A stretch of DNA of 53,962 bases. Origin: Candidatus Polarisedimenticolia bacterium (GTDB lineage: Bacteria > Chloroflexota > Limnocylindria > Limnocylindrales > CSP1-4). Numbering within the stretch: the stretch's first letter is position 1; every line of letters begins with the position of its first letter. The translations under genes were made by a program, and so were the position numbers. Below, one piece after another: positions 9,037 through 16,071 of the stretch. The notes under the pieces were generated by a model that saw only the letters and a program-made list of their open reading frames with translations, did not search any database and was not told the origin of the DNA. Location of the stretch: the NCBI GenBank assembly GCA_035649355.1, contig DASRJS010000056.1, positions 1-53,962 of the forward strand, read 5' to 3'.

Positions 9037-10065
9037 ATGGCTCCGCCGGTCCTGTCCCAGCGCGCGCTGAATCGAGCGTTGCTCGAGCGGCAGCTACTGC
9101 TCGAGCGTTCGTCGCTCTCGATCACGGACGCGATCGAGCAGGTCGGTGGGCTGCAGACCCAGTACGCGCCGTCCGGGTACGTCGGGCTCTGGACACGACT
9201 GCGGGACTTCAGGCGAGATGACCTGACGCGCGCGCTGGAGGACCGCAGCGTTGTCCAGGCCACGCTGCTCCGGGGCACGATCCACATGGTCTCGCGGGCC
9301 GACTTCTGGCCGTATGCCGAGGCGATCCGCCGGTCGCGCCAGGAGTGGGCGGCGCGGGCAGCGGTGATGCCACCGGCCGCGGAGCTGCGCGCGAAGGCGG
9401 ACGCGCTCCGGCAGGCCCTCGCCAACGGGCCGAGGACGGTGAAGGAGCTCGGCGAGATGGGTCGCGGGTTCGTCGGGAACCTCGGGCTCTGGGTTGACAT
9501 CGTGCGCGTGCCGCCATCCGGCACCTGGGAACGTCGTCGCGCCGACCGGCTCGCGCTCGCCGAGGCCTGGATCGGCACGGCCGGCGTGACCGAGACCGAG
9601 GGCCTCACGCACATCGTCCGGGCGTACCTGCGCGGCTTCGCGCCCGCGTCATGGAGGGACGTTGCGAGCTGGGCCGGGATCTCCGTGCAGGATGCGAAGC
9701 GGGCAGGGGAGGCCCTCGAGCTCAAGGTCTACCGCGACGACGCGGGCAAGGAGCTCTTCGACCTGGCCGGCCTGTCGATCCCGGATGAGCGCGAGCCCGC
9801 CCCGGTCCGCTTCCTCCCGCACTGGGACAACAACCTGCTCGTCCATGCCCGGCGGACCGGGATCCTGCCGGAGGCGCACCGGGGCAAGGTCTTCTCGACG
9901 AAGAACCCGTTCTCCGTTGGCGTCGCGCTCGTCGACGGGCGGGCCGTCGCCGGCTGGACCCCGCGCGAGGGCCGGATCGAGCTGGAGCCGTACGAGGAGC
10001 TGTCGCCGAAGGACGCCCGCGCCGTCGAACGGGAGCGAGAGGCGCTCGAAGCCTTCCACGCCTGA
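9037..10065 (+). CDS. Winged-helix DNA-binding protein of the YcaQ/AlkZ (DUF1006) family, a putative crosslink-repair DNA glycosylase
   Basis: The N-terminal block LLERQLLLERSSLSITDAIEQVGGLQTQYAPSGYVGLWTRL...VVQATLLRGTIHMV fits the family, as does the length of 342 aa. Confidence 0.7.
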   Translation: MAPPVLSQRALNRALLERQLLLERSSLSITDAIEQVGGLQTQYAPSGYVGLWTRLRDFRRDDLTRALEDRSVVQATLLRGTIHMVSRADFWPYAEAIRRSRQEWAARAAVMPPAAELRAKADALRQALANGPRTVKELGEMGRGFVGNLGLWVDIVRVPPSGTWERRRADRLALAEAWIGTAGVTETEGLTHIVRAYLRGFAPASWRDVASWAGISVQDAKRAGEALELKVYRDDAGKELFDLAGLSIPDEREPAPVRFLPHWDNNLLVHARRTGILPEAHRGKVFSTKNPFSVGVALVDGRAVAGWTPREGRIELEPYEELSPKDARAVEREREALEAFHA

Positions 10066-10142
10066 CCGCGGCGGACCGCTAGGCGCTCACCGGGTCAGCA
10101 AGATCCACGGCCAGTCGAGATTCCCGTCAGCGACATCGCGTC

Positions 10143-10547
10143 ATGATTGTGGGGATGGCGCTCGGATCGCTCGACTTCCTCTATACGCCGAGCCATGACG
10201 TCGCTGGCGACATGCGCTACTTCCGTGACGTCCTCGGTGGCAGCGTCGTGTTCGCGCTCGATCGCGAAGGCATCCGAGTGGCGATGGTGCGCCTCGGCAG
10301 TGGGCCGGCGATCCTGCTGACCGACCATCTCAAGGGGGATCGGCCGATCCTCGTCTACCGCGTGGAGCGTCTCGCCCACGCCCTCGGTGAGCTGCAGGCC
10401 CACGGCTGGACGCGCGAGGCGACGATCGAGCTGCCGCCCGGACCAGCCTGCTCGTTCCGCACCCCGGGCGGCCACCGGATCGCGATCTACGAGCCGACGC
10501 GACCCGGGGTCGTGGACTCGTTCGCCGGCCAGTTCGACTTCGAGTAG
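10143..10547 (+). CDS. VOC (glyoxalase/bleomycin-resistance) family protein
   Basis: It is a 134-aa beta-alpha-beta-beta-beta style sequence (LDFLYTPSHDVAGDMRYFRDVLGG ... FRTPGGHRIAIYE). Family-level call only. Confidence 0.6.
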   Translation: MIVGMALGSLDFLYTPSHDVAGDMRYFRDVLGGSVVFALDREGIRVAMVRLGSGPAILLTDHLKGDRPILVYRVERLAHALGELQAHGWTREATIELPPGPACSFRTPGGHRIAIYEPTRPGVVDSFAGQFDFE

Positions 10548-10572
10548 CCGGCCTCGCTATCGTGGACGTTCA

Positions 10573-11817
10573 ATGGCTGTGACCTACCGAGTCCCAGGCG
10601 CCCTGCTGACCGAGCGCGAGCACACCGTGCCGCTCGATCATGCGAAACCCAAAGGCCCGTCGATCAGCGTCTTCACGCGCGAGGTCACGGCGCCCGACGG
10701 AGACAAGAAGCCCTACCTGCTGTTCCTGCAGGGCGGGCCGGGGTTCGAGGCGACGCGCCCGGTGAGCCCGCCAACAGGTTGGATGAAGCGCGCGCTCGCG
10801 GACTACCGCGTCCTGCTCATCGACCAGCGCGGCACGGGTCGGTCGACGCCGGTCGGCAGCGTCATTCCCGGTGAGACGCCGGCCGACCAGGCGCGCTACC
10901 TGACCCACTTCCGGGCCGACTCGATCGTCCGCGACGCCGAGCTGGTCCGCCAGGAGCTTGGTGGCGGGCCGTGGAGCGTCCTCGGCCAGAGCTTCGGCGG
11001 CTTCACGTCGATGACGTATCTCTCGATCGCGCCCGAGGGTCTCCGCGAGGCCTATCTGACCGGCGGCCTCTCGCCGATCGGTCGCCCGGTCGACGATGTC
11101 TATGCGGCGACGTACCGGCGCGTGATCGCAAAGAACCGCTGGTATTTCGAGCGGTACCCCGACGATCGCGCGCGCGTCGCCGAGATTCACCGCCGACTTG
11201 ACGCGGAGGACGTCCGGCTGCCGTCCGGCGATCGGCTGACCAGCCGGCGCTTCCAGCAGCTCGGGATGTGGCTCGGTGACGACCACGGCTTCGAGCTCCT
11301 GCACCACGTGCTCGAGCTGCCGTTCGGCTCGCTGGCGTTCGTGCACGATGCCCAGGATGCCTCGCGCTTCACGCGCGACCCGATCTACGCAACGCTCCAC
11401 GAGTCCTCCTACGCGGACGGTGTCGCGACCCGCTGGTCCGCGGCGAGGCTCCTGCCGGATGAAGTCGCCTCGGAGCGCCTGTTCGTGGCGGAACACATCT
11501 TCCCCTGGATGTGGGAGGACTACGGGCTGCTCCGCGACCACCGCGAAGCGGCCGAGATCCTCGCCGAGCATCCGTGGCCGCGCCTCTACGACGCGGCGCG
11601 ACTCGCCCATAACGACGTCCCCGTCGTCGCGACGATCTACAGCAACGACCTCTACGTCGAGAGTGCGTTCGCCGAGGAAACCGCTGCAGCGATCCGCGGA
11701 CTGAAGCCATGGATCACGAACGAATACGAGCACAGCGCGCTCCGCTCGGACGGCGAGCGCCTCTTCGGGCGGATGATCGACATCATGCGCGACCGGGTGT
11801 TCATCTCGATGGCCTAA
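10573..11817 (+). CDS. Alpha/beta hydrolase, prolyl aminopeptidase (S33) family
   Basis: The start is ATG 10573. It has the oxyanion block LFLQGGPGFE and the nucleophile elbow GQSFGG. The tracked start 10387 would run through the upstream VOC gene in another frame. Confidence 0.8.
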   Translation: MAVTYRVPGALLTEREHTVPLDHAKPKGPSISVFTREVTAPDGDKKPYLLFLQGGPGFEATRPVSPPTGWMKRALADYRVLLIDQRGTGRSTPVGSVIPGETPADQARYLTHFRADSIVRDAELVRQELGGGPWSVLGQSFGGFTSMTYLSIAPEGLREAYLTGGLSPIGRPVDDVYAATYRRVIAKNRWYFERYPDDRARVAEIHRRLDAEDVRLPSGDRLTSRRFQQLGMWLGDDHGFELLHHVLELPFGSLAFVHDAQDASRFTRDPIYATLHESSYADGVATRWSAARLLPDEVASERLFVAEHIFPWMWEDYGLLRDHREAAEILAEHPWPRLYDAARLAHNDVPVVATIYSNDLYVESAFAEETAAAIRGLKPWITNEYEHSALRSDGERLFGRMIDIMRDRVFISMA

Positions 11818-11827
11818 GCATGACGCC

Positions 11828-12196
11828 GTGAAACCGTCGCCGGAGATCGACGCCTACCTCGCTCCACTGCCCGAGGCACAACGGGCGGCCCTCCAGCACC
11901 TCCGGGAGGTCATCGCAGCGGCCGCGCCCGAGGCTGAGGAGTCCATCAGCTACGCCATGCCGGCCCTCCGCTACCGCGGCCGACCGGTGGTCTCGTACCT
12001 CGCGGCCAGGAAGCACCTCTCGCTCTTCCCGATGGGCTACCACACCGAGCTGGCGAAGGAGCTGGAACCGTTCAAGGCACTGAAGGGCACGCTTCGCTTC
12101 ACGCCGGAGCGACCGATTCCCGACGACGTGCTCACGCGGCTCGTGAAGGGCCGGATCGCGGAGCTCGACCAGAAGCCGGTCGTTCGCCGCCGCTGA
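11828..12196 (+). CDS. DUF1801 (YdhG-like) domain protein
   Basis: The start is GTG 11828. The pattern IDAYLAPLPEAQRAALQHLREVI...ISYAMPALRY fits DUF1801. Confidence 0.7.
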   Translation: MKPSPEIDAYLAPLPEAQRAALQHLREVIAAAAPEAEESISYAMPALRYRGRPVVSYLAARKHLSLFPMGYHTELAKELEPFKALKGTLRFTPERPIPDDVLTRLVKGRIAELDQKPVVRRR

Positions 12197-12261
12197 GGCA
12201 CGGCCCGGCCGCTCGTGGCATAGTTGCGGGTGCAACAACACCGCAGCGGGGAGCGAGCATC

Positions 12262-12696
12262 ATGGCCGACTGGGATCCCGAAGCCTTCGAGAACAGCGTC
12301 CTCGCGGACATGCGAGCCCACGGCGGCCAGGTCACCGAGGGCTGGATGAAGGGCGAGCCGGTCCTGTTCCTGACCTCGACCGGCGCGAAGACCGGACTGG
12401 CGCGCCGCAACATCCTCAATTTCTCGCGCGACGGCGAGGCCTACGTCGTCGCCGGTACCGCCGGAGGCGCGCCCACGGATCCGAAGTGGGTCGCCAACGT
12501 TCGTGCGAATCCGACGGTGTCTGTCGAAGCCGACGGCCGCGTGTTCGAGGGCCAGGCGGCCGTCGCCGAGGGCGATTCGAACCCGGAGCGAGAGCGACTC
12601 TGGGACCAGCACGTCGCGACGATCCCGAGGTTCGCCGGCTATCCCGAGCAGACCGGGCGGGCGATTCCGATGGTGCGGATCACGCCGAAGACCTGA
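12262..12696 (+). CDS. Deazaflavin (F420H2)-dependent nitroreductase family (DDN-like) oxidoreductase
   Basis: The pattern LFLTSTGAKTGLARRNILNFSRDGEAYVVAGTAGGAPTDPKWVANVRANPTVSVE fits the DDN family. Confidence 0.8.
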   Translation: MADWDPEAFENSVLADMRAHGGQVTEGWMKGEPVLFLTSTGAKTGLARRNILNFSRDGEAYVVAGTAGGAPTDPKWVANVRANPTVSVEADGRVFEGQAAVAEGDSNPERERLWDQHVATIPRFAGYPEQTGRAIPMVRITPKT

Positions 12697-12719
12697 CGGC
12701 GCCTCGGCGCCGAATTCGC

Positions 12720-12956
12720 TCAGATCACGCGCTTGAGGATCACGAACCCCAGGAACAGGATGACGACGAGCACGAGCAGCTCGACCGGCGAAAGGGTCGA
12801 GAGCGTGTGGATGCTGTCGTTGACGAAGTGGCCGACCGCGGCGCCGACGTCCGTGTTGCCGTCAGCGAACGGGTTCGTACCGCCTGCCGGCCCACCGCCA
12901 CCGCCGCCAACCTGACCCGCAGGCCCATCGCCGATCCCGACACCGTACTCGCCCAT
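12720..12956 (-). CDS. Small (78 aa) Gly-rich protein with a C-terminal TM helix; hypothetical
   Basis: The sequence runs from ATG 12956, MGEYGVGIGDGPAGQVGGGGGGPAGG...LSPVELLVLVVILFLGFVILKRVI. Most third codon positions are G/C. No SD is seen. The tracked 206-aa ORF (to 13340) overlaps the PNPOx gene out of frame and is Arg-rich upstream of this Met. Confidence 0.4.
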   Translation of the reverse strand: MGEYGVGIGDGPAGQVGGGGGGPAGGTNPFADGNTDVGAAVGHFVNDSIHTLSTLSPVELLVLVVILFLGFVILKRVI

Positions 12957-13066
12957 GGCCGCATCATCGCACCGCGCGCAAGAGCGCGCCGTTGCCCCTG
13001 GAAACGGGAGGCGCCGGCTGCGAGATCTGCCGCAGCCGGCGCCGGGAAGACGGGGGAGGGAGAGGC

Positions 13067-13603
13067 TCAGCCAGCGAACCGCCAGCGCGTTGCGCCATAC
13101 GGCTCTTCGGTGGCGACGCCAAAGACTGTCGAGTAGCGGATCCGCCAGACGTGCCAGGGCGGCGGTCCAGCGCTCGGCGCGCTGAAGGGGGCTATGAACG
13201 CGCCGTTCTCGACCGTGGCGGGCCAGCCACCGCGGTTGAAGATCTTGACGAGCTCGTTGAGGGTCGCCTCGTCGCCAACGAGGTCGGCCGTGCCTTCGAA
13301 GACCAGGTCGATGCCCGGCAGACGCGCCGAGATCGTGCACTCCGGGTTCGCCGCGAGGTGACGCGCCTTCTGTGTGTCGAGATTTGCGGTGAAGTAGAGG
13401 TCACCCTGGAACCAGACGGCACCGACGCCCGCCGCGTGCGGGCGGCCTGACGGCGAGACCGTGCCGAGGAACCACGTGACTTCGGGTCCCTGGGTGCCAC
13501 CCTCGAGGACGCGGTGAGGCCGGCTCCACGGCAGCTCCGGGAACCCGTACCGATCGAGGTTGGTCGTCTCGACCGGCGCGTACTCCGACATCACGTTGTT
13601 CAT
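13067..13603 (-). CDS. Pyridoxamine 5'-phosphate oxidase-like (split-barrel) family protein
   Basis: ATG 13603 gives MNNVMSEY..., 178 aa. The block WFLGTVSPSGRPHAAGVGAVWFQGDLYFTANLDTQKARHLAANP fits the fold. The upstream part of the tracked ORF is Arg/Pro-rich. Confidence 0.7.
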   Translation of the reverse strand: MNNVMSEYAPVETTNLDRYGFPELPWSRPHRVLEGGTQGPEVTWFLGTVSPSGRPHAAGVGAVWFQGDLYFTANLDTQKARHLAANPECTISARLPGIDLVFEGTADLVGDEATLNELVKIFNRGGWPATVENGAFIAPFSAPSAGPPPWHVWRIRYSTVFGVATEEPYGATRWRFAG

Positions 13604-13608
13604 TGCCC

Positions 13609-14097
13609 TCACCGGCCAACAGGAACCGCGAGCTGGGCGAGCAGCTCGTCGAGGCGCTCGTAGCCCTCGTTCACGCCTTCCGCCATGCCGGCCTGGACCA
13701 TCGCATCGCGGGCTTCGACCGACTGGTACACGGAGTGGTTCCGAATCCGCGTTCGACCGTTTCCGAGGTCCTCGAAGACGACCTTCTCGAGCGAGACATG
13801 GCCGGGTGCGCCGTCGAACTCGAAGGTCTGGACCATGTTGTCCGGCGCGATGCTGTGGAAGACGCCGTGGAAGCCGTATGCATTGCCGGCATCGTCGCGA
13901 TGGACGTATCGCCAGGCACCGCCGTCGCGAACGTCCCAGCGGTCGACGACCATCTCGTACTTTCGCGGGCCCAGCCACTGCTTCAGCAGCTCCGGATCGG
14001 TGTACGCGCGGTAGACGAGCGCGCGCGGCGCCGCGACCTCGCGGGTGATCTCAATGAAGGGCGTGCCCTCCGGCACGGTGATCTCGGTCGTACCCAT
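13609..14097 (-). CDS. SRPBCC / AHSA1 (Aha1-like) domain protein
   Basis: The pattern ITREVAAPRALVYRAYTDPELLKQWLGP...GFHGVFHSIAP fits the family, which is a typical partner immediately downstream of an ArsR regulator. The start is ATG 14097; an alternative TTG 14136 would overlap the arsR-type stop. Confidence 0.8.
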   Translation of the reverse strand: MGTTEITVPEGTPFIEITREVAAPRALVYRAYTDPELLKQWLGPRKYEMVVDRWDVRDGGAWRYVHRDDAGNAYGFHGVFHSIAPDNMVQTFEFDGAPGHVSLEKVVFEDLGNGRTRIRNHSVYQSVEARDAMVQAGMAEGVNEGYERLDELLAQLAVPVGR

Positions 14098-14132
14098 CGT
14101 CGATGTCCGTCCTTTCCGTGGTTCCAGAGTCG

Positions 14133-14465
14133 TCAATTCGGGGGCTGCTGGAGGCGCTTGAGGAGCTCGTCGAGCCGGTCGAAGCGCTCGTCCCAGAAGG
14201 CCTTGTAGCGGGCCAGCCAGGTCGTTGCCTCGAGGAGCGGCTCGGCTTCGAGGTGGCTCAGCCGGGCGGTCTTCCGCCTGCTGCGCGAGATGAGGCCGGC
14301 GCTTTCGAGCACCTTGAGGTGGCGCGAGATTGCCGGCTGCGAGACAGTGAAGGGGGCGCGAAGCTCGGACACCGTGAGGTCGCCGTCTGCGAGACGCGCC
14401 AGGATGGCGCGCCGCGTGGGGTCGGCGAGGGCGCCGAACACGTTGCTGAGCTGGTCGACGGTCAT
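14133..14465 (-). CDS. ArsR/SmtB family transcriptional regulator
   Basis: The winged-HTH block is DPTRRAILARLADGDLTVSELRAPFTVSQPAISRHLKVLESAGLI. Confidence 0.9.
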   Translation of the reverse strand: MTVDQLSNVFGALADPTRRAILARLADGDLTVSELRAPFTVSQPAISRHLKVLESAGLISRSRRKTARLSHLEAEPLLEATTWLARYKAFWDERFDRLDELLKRLQQPPN

Positions 14466-14468
14466 GGC

Positions 14469-14500
14469 ATAACCATTACGTTATGAAACAATGTGGTTAT
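14469..14500 (-). promoter_or_regulatory. AT-rich inverted repeat ATAACCA-N18-TGGTTAT directly upstream of the ArsR-type gene; candidate operator/promoter
   Basis: This is the only conspicuously AT-rich stretch I noticed in the window (14466-14505). The perfect 7-nt arms lie at 14469-14475 and 14494-14500, ending 3 nt from the ATG. Confidence 0.4.
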
Positions 14501-14523
14501 TAAAGCCGTCGGTCAGTCGCTTG

Positions 14524-14766
14524 TCAAGCCCCCTTGCGGGCCTTCGAGAAGCTCGACTCCTTGATGACCTTGCCGGAGCGGTCGAAGGTGCGCCAGATCC
14601 CGACCTGCTGGCCCCGTTCGAAGGCCCCGCTCCGCATCAGGCTGCCGTCCTTGCGGAAGAACTGCCAGGCGCCGTGCATCTCGCCGTCGAGGTTCTGGCC
14701 ACGGAAACGAATGTTCCCGTTCTCGTAGTGGTCGAGTGCGGGGACCGGGTCGTTCGGCTTCGTCAT
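14524..14766 (-). CDS. MORN-repeat-variant small protein (YwqK-family-like)
   Basis: The 80-aa protein has the repeating pattern YENGNIRFRGQNLDGEMHGAWQFFRKDGSLMRSGAFERGQQVGIWRTFDRSGKV (G-x-W/G-x-x-x-Y/F-x-x-x-G periodicity). It starts 7 nt after the preceding stop. Confidence 0.65.
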   Translation of the reverse strand: MTKPNDPVPALDHYENGNIRFRGQNLDGEMHGAWQFFRKDGSLMRSGAFERGQQVGIWRTFDRSGKVIKESSFSKARKGA

Positions 14767-14773
14767 CGGCGCG

Positions 14774-15052
14774 CTACCAGGAGTTCGTCACCATCTCGAG
14801 CTTGAGCGACCTGCGAACGGGCTCGGCGACCTTCGCGATCTCGTCCCACGCGACTTCCTTGCGGAGGTACTCGAGATCCGCGTCGGTCAGCCGGATGTGA
14901 AGGTGGGCCGCCGCGTTCTCAGGGTCGTCGCGGAGCCAATTGAAGAACTCGTGATCGACGAGGGCGTGCGACGCGAGCAGCTTGAACGCCAGCTCACGCT
15001 CCATGAACCCGTACGGCTCGTGCTCGCCGGTGTTGCCGTTGTCGTCCTTCAT
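14774..15052 (-). CDS. 92-aa peptide with an NHLP (nitrile-hydratase-leader-like) helical region, ending ...LKLEMVTNSW; candidate RiPP/pheromone precursor
   Basis: ATG 15052 is preceded by AGGAGG (7-nt spacer) and overlaps the upstream stop (ATGA 15049-15052). GC3 is very high. The block RELAFKLLASHALVDHEFFNWLRDDPENAAAHLHIRLTDADLEYL resembles the A..D.eF...L..DP..a....gi.L pattern of NHLP leaders, by memory-based comparison only. Confidence 0.5.
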   Translation of the reverse strand: MKDDNGNTGEHEPYGFMERELAFKLLASHALVDHEFFNWLRDDPENAAAHLHIRLTDADLEYLRKEVAWDEIAKVAEPVRRSLKLEMVTNSW

Positions 15053-15984
15053 GTTCGAACCTCCTGCGTGGGGCGGCCGACAAGGCCACCGAAGAAGATC
15101 TGTGCGGCTGTCGTCGCCGCCATCCGGTAGTGCGCGTCGAGGGCTTCGCCCTGGCGACTCGCACGGGATGCGTAATCCAAGAGGAATGCCGCCAGCGGTG
15201 CGCAGCCGAGCCTCCCGGCCAGGTGGGCGGCGGCGGCCGAATCCGTCGCAACCAGCTCAAGCTCCGTGCGCGCCGCTCCCCGCGTCATGAGCGCCGCCAG
15301 AACGGCCGAGCGATTCGCCGCGCGGTGCTCCGGGTCGTGCGGCCGATCGACCAGCGACGCGACGAACGCGTTCCAGCGACCGGCCTCGAGATCCGCCTCC
15401 CAATCACACACCTGGTCGTAGCGAACGAGGGCGGCCAGGGCGTGATCGAGGCAGGCCTTGAGGCCCGAGCGGGCATACGAGCGACCCGAGAGGAGGCACA
15501 CGGCAAACGCGCCGATCCGTAACGGCGCTGCCCGCCCGCCAAGGCGTCGCGCATGCAGCGCTCGACCGTCGGAGGCGTGGCGGAACTCCGCCATCGCTCG
15601 GTCGAGGAACGGCCAGATCGGCGACGTTGGCTGGAACCGATCGCGATACGCGTCGAGCGCGGCGTCGAACAGCACGGTGCTCACCCGCCGGGCACCCTCA
15701 ACGTCGTCCCTTGGCACCTCGCCGTCGTCGAGGTCGTCGCGAAGGCGGATCGCCACGAGCCCGAGGACGTTTCCGACGACCAGTGCTTCCGCGACCTCGG
15801 GTTCGAGCTCCCAGGCGCGCCCGAGCCACCACGGCAGCTGCCATTCGAGGGCCCAGCGCGCCGGCGGCAGGCGACGCAGGGTTCGGATGGCGAGCGCCAG
15901 GTCATCACCGCAGGTCGCGGCCGCGCGCGCCTCGACGGCGGCGGTGATGGAAGCGACGTCCAGATCGGGCACGTCCATTCGCAT
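15049..15984 (-). CDS. Class-I isoprenoid-synthase-fold protein (polyprenyl/phytoene-synthase-like; possible peptide prenyltransferase)
   Basis: It has a first Asp-rich motif, DDLDD (aa 83-87, nt 15724-15738). A second motif, YDQVCDWEADLEAGRWNAF (aa 189-207), resembles SARM / DLxxGK(R)xT(Y)LP blocks. The protein is all-helical and Ala/Leu-rich, 311 aa. Confidence 0.5.
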   Translation of the reverse strand: MRMDVPDLDVASITAAVEARAAATCGDDLALAIRTLRRLPPARWALEWQLPWWLGRAWELEPEVAEALVVGNVLGLVAIRLRDDLDDGEVPRDDVEGARRVSTVLFDAALDAYRDRFQPTSPIWPFLDRAMAEFRHASDGRALHARRLGGRAAPLRIGAFAVCLLSGRSYARSGLKACLDHALAALVRYDQVCDWEADLEAGRWNAFVASLVDRPHDPEHRAANRSAVLAALMTRGAARTELELVATDSAAAAHLAGRLGCAPLAAFLLDYASRASRQGEALDAHYRMAATTAAQIFFGGLVGRPTQEVRT

Positions 15985-16071
15985 CGAAGCCCGGCCATCG
16001 TAGAGGGTCGGGCGGCGTCGGACGCGGGCTACAATCCGCGCCGAACGAGATCGACCAGCAGGGGAGTGGTC

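Noticed and set aside
14524-14766. Reading the MORN/YwqK-like gene as the antitoxin of a toxin-antitoxin or polymorphic-toxin module.
   Set aside because: No LXG/deaminase/nuclease-type toxin gene is adjacent. The upstream partners are the isoprenoid-fold enzyme and the small peptide.
15553-16071. N-terminal 173 codons of the tracked 540-aa ORF 15553-17175.
   Set aside because: This part lies antisense to the isoprenoid-fold gene, is Arg-rich and has no hydrophobic segments. A GTG with a GGGGAG SD at 16066/16072 gives a sensible membrane protein.
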